Source: Eledone cirrhosa (lineage: Eukaryota). From it: a stretch of DNA of 64,000 bases. The stretch is from contig OZ024740.1 in assembly GCA_964016885.1 (NCBI GenBank), positions 423,088,001 to 423,152,000 on the forward strand, given 5' to 3'. A model generated the notes under the pieces. It was not told the origin of the DNA and made no database searches. It saw only the letters and a program-made list of their open reading frames with translations. The first letter of the stretch is position 1. Each line of letters starts with the position of its first letter. Shown here in pieces: positions 29,301 through 48,770 of the stretch. The position numbers were made by a program, and so were the translations under genes.

Positions 29301-32300
29301 CATACACTCACATATACATACAGGAAGACACTCACATACATATACAGGCAGACACTCACATATACATACAGGCAGACACTCACATATACATACAGGCAGA
29401 CACACACATATACATACAGGCAGACACACACATATACATACAGGCATACACTCACATATACATACAGGCAGACACTCACATATACATACAGGCATACACT
29501 CACATATACATACAGGAAGACACTCACATACATATACAGGCAGACACTCACATATACATACAGGCAGACACTCACATATACATACAGGCAGACACTCACA
29601 TATACATACAGGCATACACACACATATATATACAGGCAGACACACACATATACATACAGGCAGACACACACATATACATACAGGCATACACTCACATATA
29701 CATACAGGCAGAAACTCACATATACACACAGACAGACACACACATATACAACAGGAAGACACTCACATATACATACAGGCAGACACACATATATACATAC
29801 AGGCAGACACTCACATATACATACAGGCAGACACACACATATACATATACAGACAGACACACACATATACATACAGGCAGACACTCACATATACATACAG
29901 GCAGACACACACATATACATATACAGGCATACACTCACATATACATACAGGCAGACACTCACATATACATACAGGCAGACACACACATATACATACAGGC
30001 AGACACACACATATACATAAAAGCAGACACTCACATATACATACAGGCAGACACACACCCATATACATACAGGCATACACTCACATATACATATACAGGC
30101 ATACACTCACATATACATACAGGCAGACACTCACATAAACATACAGGCAGACACTCACACATATATACAGGCAGACATTCACATATACATACAGGCAGAC
30201 ACACACATATACATAAAAGCAGACACTCACTTATACATACAGGCATACACTCACATATACATACAGGCAGACACACACCCATATACATATACAGGCAGAC
30301 ACTCACATATACATACAAGCAGACACTCACATATACATACAGGCAGACACACCCATATACATACAGGCATACACTCACATATACATACAGGCAGACACAC
30401 ACCCATATACATATACAGGCAGACACTCACATATACATACAAGCAGACACTCACATATACATACAGGCAGACACTCACATATACATACAGGCAGACACTC
30501 ACATATACATACAGGCAGACACACACATATACATACAGGCAGACACTCACATATACATACAGGCAGACACTCACATATACATACAGGCAGACACACACAT
30601 ATACATACAGGCAGACACTCACATATACATACAGGCAGACACACACATATACATACAGGCAGACACTCACATATACATACAGGCAGACACTCACATATAC
30701 ATACAGGCAGACACACACATATACATACAGGCAGACACTCACATATACATACAGGCAGACACACACATATACATACAGGCAGACACTCACATATACATAC
30801 AGGCAGACACACACATATACATACAGGCAGACACTCACACATATACATACATGCAGACACACACACATATATACAGGCATACACTCACATATACATACAG
30901 GCAGACACTCACATATACATACAGGCAGACACACACATATACATACAGGCAGACACTCACATATACATACAGGCATACACTCACATATAGATACAGGCAG
31001 ACACTCACACATATACATACAGGCAGACACTCACACATATACATACAGGCAGACACACACATATACATACAGGCAGACACACACATATACATACAGGCAG
31101 ACACACACATATACATACAGGCAGACACTCACATGTACATACAGGCAGACACTCACATATACATACAGGCATACACACACATATACATACAGGAAGACAC
31201 TCACATATACATATACAGGCAGACACACACATATACATACAGGCAAACACACACATATACATACAGGCATACACACACATATACATACAGGAAGACACTC
31301 ACATATACATATACAGGCAGACACACACATATACATACAGGCAAACACACACATATACATACTGGCAAACACACACATATACATACAGGAAGACACTCAC
31401 ATATACATACAGGCATACACTCACATATACATACAAGCATACACTCACATATACATACAGGCAGACACACACATATACATACAGGCAGACACACACATAT
31501 ACATAAAAGCAGACACTCACTTATACATACAGGCATACACTCACATATACATACAGGCAGACACATACCCATATACATACAGGCATACACTCACATATAC
31601 ATATACAGGCATACACTCACATATACATACAGGCAGACACTCACATATACATACAGGCAGACACTCACACATATAAACAGGCAGACATTCACATATACAT
31701 ACAGGCAGACACACACATATACATATACAGGCAGACACTCACATATACATACAGGCAGACACTCACATATACATACAGGCATACACTCACATATACATAC
31801 AGGCAGACACTCACACATATACATACAGGCAGAAACTCACACATATACATACAGGCAGACACACACATATACATACAGGCAGACACACACATATACATAC
31901 AGGCAGACACTCACACATATACATACAGGCAGACACTCACATATACATACAGGCATACACTCACATATACATACAGGCATACAGTGACATATACATACAG
32001 GCAGACACTCACATATACATACAGGCATACACTCACATATACATACAGGCATACACACACATATACATATACAGGCAGACACTCACATATACATACAGGC
32101 ATACACACACATATACATACAGGCATACACACACATATACATACAGGAAGACACTCACATATACATATAGAGGCAGACACACACATATACATACAGGCAG
32201 ACACACACATAAACATACAGGAAGACACACACATATACATATACAGGCAGACACACACATATACATACAGGCAAACACACACATATACATACAGGAAGAC

Positions 32301-35300
32301 ACTCACATATACATACAGGCATACACTCACATATACATACAAGCATACACTCACATATACATACAGGCAGACACACACATACATATACAGGCAGACACAC
32401 ACATATACATACAGGCATACACTCACATATACATACAGGCAGACACACACATATACATACAGGCATACACTCACATATACATACAGGCAGACACACACAT
32501 ATACATACAGGCATACACACACATATACATACAGGCAGACACACACATATACATACAGACAGACACACACATATACATACAGGCAGACACTCACATATAC
32601 ATACAGGCAGACACACACATATACATACAGGCATACACACACATATACATACAGGCAGACACACACATATACATACAGGTAGACACACACATATACATAC
32701 AGGCAGACACTCACATATACATACAGGCAGACACTCACATATACATACAGGCAGACACACACACATATACATACAGGCATACACTCACATATACATACAG
32801 GCAGACACTCACATATGCATACAGGCAGACATACACATATACATACAGGCAGACACACACATATACATACAGACACACACACACATATACATACAGGCAT
32901 ACACTCACATATACATACAGGCAGACACTCACATATGCATACAGGAAGACACTCACACATATGCATACAGGCAGACACTCACATATACATACAGGCAGAC
33001 ACACACATATACATACAGCCAGACACACACATATACATACAGGCATACACTCACATATACATACAGGCATACACACACATATACATACAGGCAGACACTC
33101 ACATATACATACAGGCAGACACTCACATATACACACAGACAGACACACACATATACAACAGGAAGACACTCACATATACATACAGGCAGACACACACATA
33201 TACATACAGGCAGACACTCACATATACATACAGGCAGACACACACATATACATACGGGCAGACACACACATATACATACAGGCAGACACACACATATACA
33301 TACAGACACACACACACATATACATACAGGCATACACTCACATATACATACAGGGTGACACTCACATATGCATACAGGCAGACACTCACATATACATACA
33401 GGCAGACACACACATATATATACAGGCAGACACTCACATACATATACAGACAGACACTCACATATACATACAGGCATACACTCACATATACATACAGGCA
33501 GACACTCACATATACATACAGGCATACACACACATATACATACAGGCATACACTCACATATACATACAGGCAGACACACACATATACATACAGGCAGACA
33601 CTCACATGTACATACATGCAGACACACACATATACATACAGGCAGACACACATATATACATACAGGCAGACACACACATATATATAGAGGCAGACACTCA
33701 CACATATACATACAGGCAGACACACACATATACATACAGGCAGACACACACATATACATACAGGCAGACACACACACGTACATACAGGCAGACACACACA
33801 TATACATACAGGCAGACACACACATATACATACAGGCAGACACACACATATACATACAGGCAGATACACACATATATATACAGGCAGACACACACATATA
33901 CATACAGGCAGACACACACATATACATACAGCCAGACACACACATATACATACAGGCAGACACACACATATACATACAGACAGACACACACATATACATA
34001 CAGGCAGACACACACATATACATACAGGCAGACACACACATATACATACAGACAGATACACACATATATATACAGGCAGACACTCACACATATACATACA
34101 GGCAGACACTCACATATACATACAGGCAGACACTCACATATACATACAGGCATACACTCACATATACATACAGGCAGACACTCACATATACACACAGGCA
34201 GACACTCACATATACATACAGGCATACGCACACATATATATACAGGCAGACACACACATATACATACAGGAAGACACTCACATACATATACAGGCAGACA
34301 CTCACATATACATACAGGCAGACACACACATATACATACAGGCAGACACACACATATACATACAGGCATACACTCACATATACATACAGGCAGACACTCA
34401 CATATACATACAGGCATACACTCACATATACATACAGGAAGACACTCACATACATATACAGGCAGACACTCACATATACATACAGGCAGACACTCACATA
34501 TACATACAGGCAGACACACACATATACATACAGGCAGACACACACATATACATACAGGCATACACTCACATATACATACAGGCAGACACACACATATACA
34601 TACAGGCATACACTCACATATACATACAGGAAGACACTCACATACATATACAGGCAGACACTCACATATACATACAGGCAGACACTCACATATACATACA
34701 GGCAGACACTCACATATACATACAGGCATACACACACATATATACACAGGCAGACACACACATATACATACAGGCAGACACACACATATACATACAGGCA
34801 TACACTCACATATACATACAGGCAGAAACTCACATATACACACAGACAGACACACACATATACAACAGGAAGACACTCACATATACATACAGGCAGACAC
34901 ACATATATACATACAGGCAGACACTCACATATACATACAGGCAGACACACACATATACATATACAGACAGACACACACATATACATACAGGCAGACACTC
35001 ACATATACATACAGGCAGACACACACATATACATATACAGACAGACACAAACATATACATACAGGCACACACTCACATATACATACAGGCAGACACACAT
35101 ATATACATACAGGCAGACATACACACATATACATACAGGCAGACACTCACATATACATATACAGGCAGACACTCACATATACATACAGACACACACACAC
35201 ATATACATACAGGCATACACTCACATATACATACAGGGTGACACTCACATATACATACAGGCAGACACTCACATATACATATACAGGCAGACACTCACAT

Positions 35301-38300
35301 ATACATACAGACACACACACACATATACATACAGGCATACACTCACATATACATACAGGCAGACACACACATATACATACAGGCAGACACTCACATATAC
35401 ATACAGGCAGACACACACATATACATATACAGGCATACACTCACATATACATACAGGCAGACACTCACATATACATACAGGCACACACACACATATACAT
35501 ACAGGCAGACACACACATATACATACAGGCAGACACTGACACATATACATACAGGCAGACACACACATATACATACAGGCAGACACTCACATATACACAC
35601 AGACAGACACACACATATACATACAGGCAGACACTCACATATACATACAGGCAGACACTCACATATACACACAGACAGACACACACATATACATACAGGC
35701 AGACACTCACATATACATACAGGCAGACACTCACATATACACACAGACAGACACACACATATACATACAGGCAGACACTCACATATACATACAGGCAGAC
35801 ACTCACATATACACACAGACAGACACTCACATATACATACAGGCAGACACTCACATATACATACAGGCAGACACTCACATATACATACAGGTAGACACAC
35901 ACATATACATACAGGCAGACACTCACATATACATACAGGCAGACACTCACATATACATACAGGCAGACACTCACATATACATACAGGCAGACACACACAT
36001 ATACATACAGGCAGACACACACATATACATACAGGCAGACACTGACACATATACATACAGGCATACACTCACATATACATACAGGCAGACACTCACATAT
36101 ACATACAGGCAGACACTCACATATACATACAGGTAGACACACACATATACATACAGGCAGACACTCACATATACATACAGGCAGACACTCACATATACAT
36201 ACAGGCAGACACATACATATACATACGGGCAGACACACACATATACATACAGGCAGACACACACATATACATACAGACACACACACACATATACATACAG
36301 GCATACACTCACATATACATACAGGCAGACACTCACATATGCATACAGGCAGACACTCACATATACATACAGGCAGACACTCACGTATGCATACAGGCAG
36401 ACACTCACATATACATACAGGCAGACACACACATATACATACAGGCAGACACTCACGTATGCATACAGGCAGACACTCACATATACATACAGGCAGACAC
36501 ACACATATACATACAGGCATACACTCACATATACATACAGGCAGACACTCACATGTACATACAGGCATACACTCACATATACATACAGGCAGACACTCAC
36601 ATATACATACAGGCATACACACACATATACATACAGGCATACACTCACATATACATACAGGCAGACACTCACATGTACATACAGGCATACACTCACATAT
36701 ACATACAGGCAGACACTCACATATACATACAGGCATACACACACATATACATTCAGGCATACACTCACATATACATACAGGCAGACACACACATATACAT
36801 ACAGGCAGACACTCACATGTACATACAGGCAGACACACACATATACATACAGGCAGACACACAATTATACATACAGGCAGACACACACATATATATACAG
36901 GCAGACACTCACACATATACATACAGGCAGACACACACATATACATACAGGCAGACACACACATATACATACAGGCAGACACACACACGTACATACAGGC
37001 AGACACACACACGTACATACAGGCAGAGACACACATATACATACAGGCAGACACACACATATACATACAGGCAAACACACACATATATATACAGGCAGAC
37101 ACTCACACATATACATACAGGCATACACTCACATATACATACAGGCAGACACTCACATATACATACAGGCATACACACACATATACATTCAGGCATACAC
37201 TCACATATACATACAGGCAGACACACACATATACATACAGGCAGACACTCACATGTACATACAGGCAGACACACACATATACATACAGGCAGACACACAA
37301 TTATACATACAGGCAGACACACACATATATATACAGGCAGACACTCACACATATACATACAGGCAGACACACACATATACATACAGGCAGACACACACAT
37401 ATACATACAGGCAGACACACACACGTACATACAGGCAGACACACACACGTACATACAGGCAGAGACACACATATACATACAGGCAGACACACACATATAC
37501 ATACAGGCAAACACACACATATATATACAGGCAGACACTCACACATATACATACAGGCAGACACTCACATATACATACAGGCAGACACACACATATACAT
37601 ACAGGCAAACACACACATATATATACAGGCAGACACTCACACATATACATACAGGCAGACACTCACATATACATACAGGCAGACACACACATATGCATAC
37701 AGACACACACACACATATACATACAGGCATACACTCACATATACATACAGGCAGACACTCACATATGCATACAGGCAGACACTCACACATATACATACAG
37801 GCAGACACTCACATATACATACAGGCAGACACACACATATATATACAGGCAGACACTCACACATATACATACAGGCAGACACACACATATACATACAGGC
37901 AGACACACACATAAACATACAGGCAGACACACACATATACATACAGGCATACACTCACATATACATACAGGCAGACACTCACATATACACACAGACAGAC
38001 ACACACATATACAACAGGAAGACACTCACATATACATACAGGCAGACACACACATATACATATACAGAGAGACACACACATATACATACAGGCAGACACT
38101 CACATATACATACAGGCAGACACACACATATACATATACAGAGAGACACACACATATACATACAGGCAGACACTCACATATACATACAGGCAGACACTCA
38201 CATATACATACAGGCAGACACTCACACATATACATACAGGCAGACACACACATATACATACAGGCAGACACACACATATACATACAGGCAGACACACACA

Positions 38301-41300
38301 TATACATACAGGCAGACACACACACGTACATACAGGCAGACACACACATATACATACAGGCAGACACACACATATACATACAGGCAGACACACACATATA
38401 TATACAGGCAGACACACACATATACATACAGGCAGACACACACATATACATACAGGCAGACACACACATATACATACAGGCAGACACTCACATGTACATA
38501 CAGGTAGACACACACATATACATACAGGCAGACACACATATATACATACAGGCAGACACTCACATATACATACAGGCAGACACACACATATACATATACA
38601 GACAGACACACACATATACATACAGGCAGACACTCACATATACATACAGGCAGACACACACATATACATATACAGACAGACACAAACATATACATACAGG
38701 TACACACTCACATATACATACAGGCAGACACACATATATACATACAGGCAGACATACACATATACATACAGGCAGACACTCACATATACATACAGGCAGA
38801 CACACACATATACATACAGGCAGTCACTCACATATACATACAGGCAGACACACACATATACATACAGGCATACACACACATATACATACAGGCAGACACA
38901 CACATATACATACAGACAGACACACACAGACATACAGGCAGACACTCACATATACATACAGGCAGACACTCACATATACATACAGGCAGACACACACATA
39001 TACATACAGGCAGACACACATACATATACATACAGGCAGACACTCACATATATATACATTCAGGCAGACACACACATATACATACAGGCAGACACTCACA
39101 TATACATACAGGAAGACACACACATATACATACAGGCAGACACACACACATATACATACAGCAGACACACACATATACATACAGGCAGACACACACACAT
39201 ATACATACAGGCAGACACTCACATATACATACAGGCAGACACACACATATACATACAGGCAGACACACACATATACATACAGGCATACACTCACATATAC
39301 ATACAGGCAGACACTCACATATAAATACAGGCAGACACACACATATACATACAGGCATACACTCACATATACATACAGGCAGACACACACATATACATAC
39401 AGGCAGACACACACATATACATATACAGGCAGACACTCACATATACATACAGGCAGACACACACCCATATACATACAGGCAGACACACCCATATACATAC
39501 AGGCAGACACACACATATACATACAGGAAGACACACATATATACATACAGGCAGACACTCACATATACATACAGGCAGACACACACATATACATACAGGC
39601 AGACACACACATATACATACAGGCATACACTCACATATACATACAGGTAGACACACATATATACATACAGGCAGACACTCACATATACATACAGGCAGAC
39701 ACACACATATACATACAGGCAGACACACACATATACATACAGGCAGACACACACATATACATACAGGCATACACTCACATATACATACAGGTAGACACAC
39801 ACATATACATACAGGCAGACACACCCATATACATACAGGCAGACACACCCATATACATACAGGCAGACACTCACATATACATACAGGCAGACACTCACAT
39901 ATACATACAGGCAGACACACACATATACATACAGGCAGATACACACATATACATACAGGCAGACACACACATATACATACAGGCATACACTCACATATAC
40001 ATACAGGCATACACTCACATATACATACAGGCAGACACTGACACATATACATACAGGCAGACACACACATATACATACAGGCAGACACACACATATACAT
40101 ACAGACAGACACACACATATACATACAGGCAGACACTCACATATACATACAGGCAGACACACACATATACATACAGGCAGACACTCACATATACATACAG
40201 GCAGACATTCCCATATACATACAGGCATACACTCACATATACATACAGGCAGACATTCCCATATACATACAGGCAGAAACTCACATATACATACAGGCAG
40301 ACACACACATATACATACAGGCAGACACACACATATACATAAAAGCAGACACTCACTTATACATACAGGCATACACTCACATATACATACAGGCAGACAC
40401 ACACCCATATACATACAGGCATACACTCACATATACATATACAGGCATACACTCACATATACATACAGGCAGACACTCACATAAACATACAGGCAGACAC
40501 TCACACATATATACAGGCAGACATTCACATATACATACAGGCATACACTCACATATACATACAGGCAGACACACACCCATATACATATACAGGCAGACAC
40601 TCACATATACATACAAGCAGACACTCACATATACATACAGGCAGACACACCCATATACATACAGGCATACACTCACATATACATACAGGCAGACACACAC
40701 ATATACATACAGGCAGACACTCACATATACATACAGGCAGACACTCACATATACATACAGGCAGACACATATACATACAGGCAGACACTCACATATACAT
40801 ACAGGCAGACACACACATATACATACAGGCAGACACTCACATATACATACAGGCAGACACTCACATATACATACAGGCAGACACACACATATACATACAG
40901 GCAGACACTCACATATACATACAGGCAGACACACACATATACATACAGGCAGACACTCACATATACATACAGGCAGACACACACATATACATACAGGCAG
41001 ACACTCACACATATACATACAGGCAGACACACACACATATATACAGGCATACACTCACATATACATACAGGCAGACACTCACATATACATACAGGCAGAC
41101 ACACACATATACATACAGGCAGACACTCACATATACATACAGGCATACACTCACATATAGATACAGGCAGACACTCACACATATACATACAGGCAGACAC
41201 TCACACATATACATACAGGCAGACACACACATATACATACAGGCAGACACACACATATACATACAGGCAGACACTCACACATATACATACAGGCAGACAC

Positions 41301-44300
41301 TCACATATACATACAGGCATACACTCACATATACATACAGGCATACACTCACATATACATACAGGCAGACACTCACATATACATACAGGCATACACTCAC
41401 ATATTCATACAGGCATACACACACATATACATATACATATACAGGCAGACACTCACATATACATACAGGCATACACACACATATACATACAGGCATACAC
41501 ACACATATACATACAGGAAGACACTCACATATACATATACAGGCAGACACACACATATACATACAGGCAAACACACACATATACATACAGGAAGACACTC
41601 ACATATACATACAGGCATACACTCACATATACATACAAGCATACACTCACATATACATACAGGCAGACACACACATATACATACAGGCAGACACACACAT
41701 ATACATAAAAGCAGACACTCACTTATACATACAGGCATACACTCACATATACATACAGGCAGACACACACCCATATACATACAGGCAGACACTCACACAT
41801 ATATACAGGCAGACATTCACATATACATACAGGCAGACACACACATATACATATACAGGCAGACACTCACATATACATACAAGCAGACACTCACATATAC
41901 ATACAGGCAGACACTCACATATACATACAGGCAGACACTCACATATACATACAGGCATACACTCACATATACATACAGGCAGACACTCACACATATACAT
42001 ACAGGCAGACACTCACACATATACATACAGGCAGACACACACATATACATACAGGCAGACACACACATATACATACAGGCAGACACTCACACATATACAT
42101 ACAGGCAGACACTCACATATACATACAGGCATACACTCACATATACATACAGGCATACACTGACATATACATACAGGCAGACACTCACATATACATACAG
42201 GCATACACTCACATATACATACAGGCATACACACACATATACATATACAGGCAGACACTCACATATACATACAGGCATACACACACATATACATACAGGC
42301 ATACACACACATATACATACAGGAAGACACTCACATATACATATACAGGCAGACACACACATATACATACAGGCAGACACACACATAAACATACAGGAAG
42401 ACACTCACATATACATATACAGGCAGACACACACATATACATACAGGCAAACACACACATATACATACAGGAAGACACTCACATATACATACAGGCAGAC
42501 ACACACATACATATACAGGCAGACACTCACATATACATACAGGCAGACACACACATATACATACAGGCATACACTCACATATACATACAGGCAGACACAC
42601 ACATATACATACAGGCATACACACACATATACATACAGGCAGACACACACATATACATACAGACAGACACACACATATACATACAGGCAGACACTCACAT
42701 ATACATACAGGCAGACACACACATATACATACAGGCATACACACACATATACATACAGGCAGACACACACATATACATACAGGTAGACACACACATATAC
42801 ATACAGGCAGACACTCACATATACATACAGGCAGACACTCACATATACATACAGGCAGACACACACATATACATACAGGCAGACACTCACATATACATAC
42901 AGGCAGACACTCACATATACATACAGGCAGACACTGACACATATACATACAGGCATACACTCACATATACATACAGGCAGACACTCACATATGCATACAG
43001 GCAGACACACACATATACATACAGGCAGACACACACATATACATACAGACAAACACACACATATACATACAGGCATACACTCACATATACATACAGGCAG
43101 ACACTCACATATGCATACAGGCAGACACTCACACATATGCATACAGGCAGACACTCACATATACATACAGGCAGTCACACACATATACATACAGGCAGAC
43201 ACACACATATACATACAGGCAGACACTCACATATACATACAGGCAGACACACACATATACATACAGGCAGACACACACCCATATACATACAGGCAGACAC
43301 ACACATATACATAGAGGCAGACACTCACATACATATACATACAGGCAGACACACAAATATACATACAGGCAGACACACACATATACATATAGGCAGACAC
43401 ACACACATATACATACAGGCAGACACACACATATACATACAGGTATACACTCACATACATATACAGGCAGACACTCACATATACATACAGGCAGACACAC
43501 ACATATACATACAGGCAGTCACTCACATATACATACAGGCAGACACACACATATACATACAGGCATACACACACATATACATACAGGCAGACACACACAT
43601 ATACATACAGACAGACACACACAGACATACAGGCAGACACTCACATATACATACAGGCAGACACTCACATATACATACAGGCAGACACACACATATACAT
43701 ACAGGCAGACACACATACATATACATACAGGCAGACACTCACATATATATACATTCAGGCAGACACACACATATACATACAGGCAGACACTCACATATAC
43801 ATACAGGAAGACACACACATATACATACAGGCAGACACACACACATATACATACAGCAGACACACACATATACATACAGGCAGACACACACACATATACA
43901 TACAGGCAGACACTCACATATACATACAGGCAGACACACACATATACATACAGGCAGACACACATACATATACATACAGGCAGACACTCACATATATATA
44001 CATTCAGGCAGACACACACATATACATACAGGCAGACACTCACATATACATACAGGAAGACACACACATATACATACAGGCAGACACACACACATATACA
44101 TACAGCAGACACACACATATACATACAGGCAGACACACACACATATACATACAGGCAGACACTCACATATAAATACAGGCAGACACACACATATACATAC
44201 AGGCATACACTCACATATACATACAGGCAGACACACACATATACATACAGGCAGACACACACATATACATATACAGGCAGACACTCACATATACATACAG

Positions 44301-46679
44301 GCAGACACACACCCATATACATACAGGCAGACACACCCATATACATACAGGCAGACACACACATATACATACAGGAAGACACACATATATACATACAGGC
44401 AGACACTCACATATACATACAGGCAGACACACACATATACATACAGGCAGACACACACATATACATACAGGCAGACACACACATATACATACAGGCATAC
44501 ACTCACATATACATACAGGTAGACACACACATATACATACAGGCAGACACACCCATATACATACAGGCAGACACACCCATATACATACAGGCAGACACTC
44601 ACATATACATACAGGCAGACACTCACATATACATACAGGCAGACACACACATATACATACAGGCAGATACACACATATACATACAGGCAGACACACACAT
44701 ATACATACAGGCATACACTCACATATACATACAGGCATACACTCACATATACATACAGGCAGACACTGACACATATACATACAGGCAGACACACACATAT
44801 ACATACAGGCAGACACACACATATACATACAGACAGACACACACATATACATACAGGCAGACACTCACATATACATACAGGCAGACACACACATATACAT
44901 ACAGGCAGACACTCACATATACATACAGGCAGACATTCCCATATACATACAGGCATACACTCACATATACATACAGGCAGACATTCCCATATACATACAG
45001 GCAGAAACTCACATATACATACAGGCAGACACACACATATACATATACAGGCAGACACACACATATACATACAGGCATACACACACATATACATACAGGC
45101 AGACACACACATATACATAAAAGCAGACACTCACTTATACATACAGGCATACACTCACATATACATACAGGCAGACACACACCCATATAATACAGGCATA
45201 CACTCACATATACATATACAGGCATACACTCACATATACACACAGACAGACACACACATATACATACAGGCAGACACTCACATAAACATACAGGCAGACA
45301 CTCACACATATATACAGGCAGACATTCACATATACATACAGGCAGACACACACATATACATAAAAGCAGACACTCACTTATACATACAGGCATACACTCA
45401 CATATACATACAGGCAGACACACACCCATATACATATACAGGCAGACACTCACATATACATACAAGCAGACACTCACATATACATACAGGCAGACACACC
45501 CATATACATACAGGCATACACTCACATATACATACAGGCAGACACACACATATACATACAGGCAGACACTCACATATACATACAGGCAGACACTCACATA
45601 TACATACAGGCAGACACATATACATACAGGCAGACACTCACATATACATACAGGCAGACACACACATATACATACAGGCAGACACTCACATATACATACA
45701 GGCAGACACACACATATACATACAGGCAGACACTCACATATACATACAGGCAGACACACACATATACATACAGGCAGACACTCACACATATACATACAGG
45801 CAGACACACACACATATATACAGGCATACACTCACATATACATACAGGCAGACACTCACATATACATACAGGCAGACACACACATATACATACAGGCAGA
45901 CACTCACATATATATACAGGCAGACACACACATATACATACAGGCAGACACTCACATATACATACAGGCATACACTCACATATAGATACAGGCAGACACT
46001 CACACATATACATACAGGCATACACTCACATATACATACAGGCATACACACACATATACATATACAGGCAGACACTCACATATACATACAGGCAGACACA
46101 CACATAAACATACAGGAAGACACTCACATATACATATACAGGCAGACACACACATATACATACAGGCAAACACACACATATACATACAGGAAGACACTCA
46201 CATATACATACAGGCATACACTCACATATACATACAAGCATACACTCACATATACATACAGGCAGACACACACATACATATACAGGCAGACACACACATA
46301 CATATACAGGCAGACACTCACATATACATACAGGCAGACACACACATATACATACAGGCATACACTCACATATACATACAGGCAGACACACACATATACA
46401 TACAGGCATACACACACATATACATACAGGCAGACACACACATATACATACAGACAGACACACACATATACATACAGGCAGACACTCACATATACATACA
46501 GGCAGACACACACATATACATACAGGCATACACACACATATACATACAGGCAGACACACACATATACATACAGGTAGACACACACATATACATACAGGCA
46601 GACACACACATATACATACAGGCAGACACTCACATATACATACAGGCATACACTCACATATACATACAGGCAGACACTC

Positions 46680-48770
46680 ACATATACATACAGGCAGACA
46701 CTCACATATACATACAGGCATACACACACATATACATACAGGCATACACACACATATACATACAGGCATACACACACATATACATACAGGCATACACTCA
46801 CATATACATACAGGCAGACACACACATATACATACAGGCATACACTCACATATACATACAGGCAGACTCACACATATACATACAGGCAGACACTCACATG
46901 TACATACAGGCAGACACACACATATACATACAGGCAGACACACACATATACATACAGGCAGACACACACATATACATACAGGCAGACACACACATATACA
47001 TACAGGCAGACACACACATATACATACAGACAGATACACACATATATATACAGGCAGACACTCACACATATACATACAGGCAGACACTCACATATACATA
47101 CAGGCAGACACACACATATATATACAGGCAGACACTCACACATATACATACAGGCAGACACACACATATACATACAGGCAGACACACACATAAACATACA
47201 GGCAGACACACACATATACATACAGGCATACACTCACATATACATACAGGCAGACACTCACATATACACACAGACAGACACACACATATACAACAGGAAG
47301 ACACTCACGTATACATACAGGCAGACACACACATATACATACAGGCAGACACTCACATATACATACAGGCAGACACACACATATACATATACAGAGAGAC
47401 ACACACATATACATACAGGCAGACACTCACATATACATACAGGCAGACACTCACATATACATACAGGCAGACACTCACATATACATACAGGCAGACACAC
47501 ACATATACATACAGGCAGACACACACATATACATACAGGCAGACACTCACACATATACATACAGGCAGACACACACACATACATACAGGTAGACACTCAC
47601 ATATACATACAGGCAGACACTCACATATACATACAGGTAGACACACACATATACATACAGGCAGACACACACATAAACATACAGGCAGACACACACATAT
47701 ACATACAGGCATACACTCACATATACATACAGGCAGACACTCACATATACACACAGACAGACACACACATATACAACAGGAAGACACTCACATATACATA
47801 CAGGCAGACACTCACATATACATACAGGCATACACACACATATACATACAGGCATACACACACATATACATACAGGCATACACACACATATACATACAGG
47901 CATACACTCACATATACATACAGGCAGACACACACATATACATACAGGCATACACTCACATATACATACAGGCAGACTCACACATATACATACAGGCAGA
48001 CACTCACATGTACATACAGGCAGACACACACATATACATACAGGCAGACACACACATATACATACAGGCAGACACACACATATACATACAGGCAGACACA
48101 CACATATACATACAGGCAGACACACACATATACATACAGACAGATACACACATATATATACAGGCAGACACTCACACATATACATACAGGCAGACACTCA
48201 CATATACATACAGGCAGACACACACATATATATACAGGCAGACACTCACACATATACATACAGGCAGACACACACATATACATACAGGCAGACACACACA
48301 TAAACATACAGGCAGACACACACATATACATACAGGCATACACTCACATATACATACAGGCAGACACTCACATATACACACAGACAGACACACACATATA
48401 CAACAGGAAGACACTCACGTATACATACAGGCAGACACACACATATACATACAGGCAGACACTCACATATACATACAGGCAGACACACACATATACATAT
48501 ACAGAGAGACACACACATATACATACAGGCAGACACTCACATATACATACAGGCAGACACTCACATATACATACAGGCAGACACTCACATATACATACAG
48601 GCAGACACACACATATACATACAGGCAGACACACACATATACATACAGGCAGACACTCACACATATACATACAGGCAGACACACACACATACATACAGGT
48701 AGACACTCACATATACATACAGGCAGACACTCACATATACATACAGGTAGACACACACATATACATACAG
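46680..48770 (+). repeat. 1110-bp duplication private to the second super-repeat copy
   Basis: ggcagactcacac at 46861/47971 and ORF matches 46868/47978 and 47062/48172. It accounts for the offset jump from 18649 to 19759. Confidence 0.85.
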
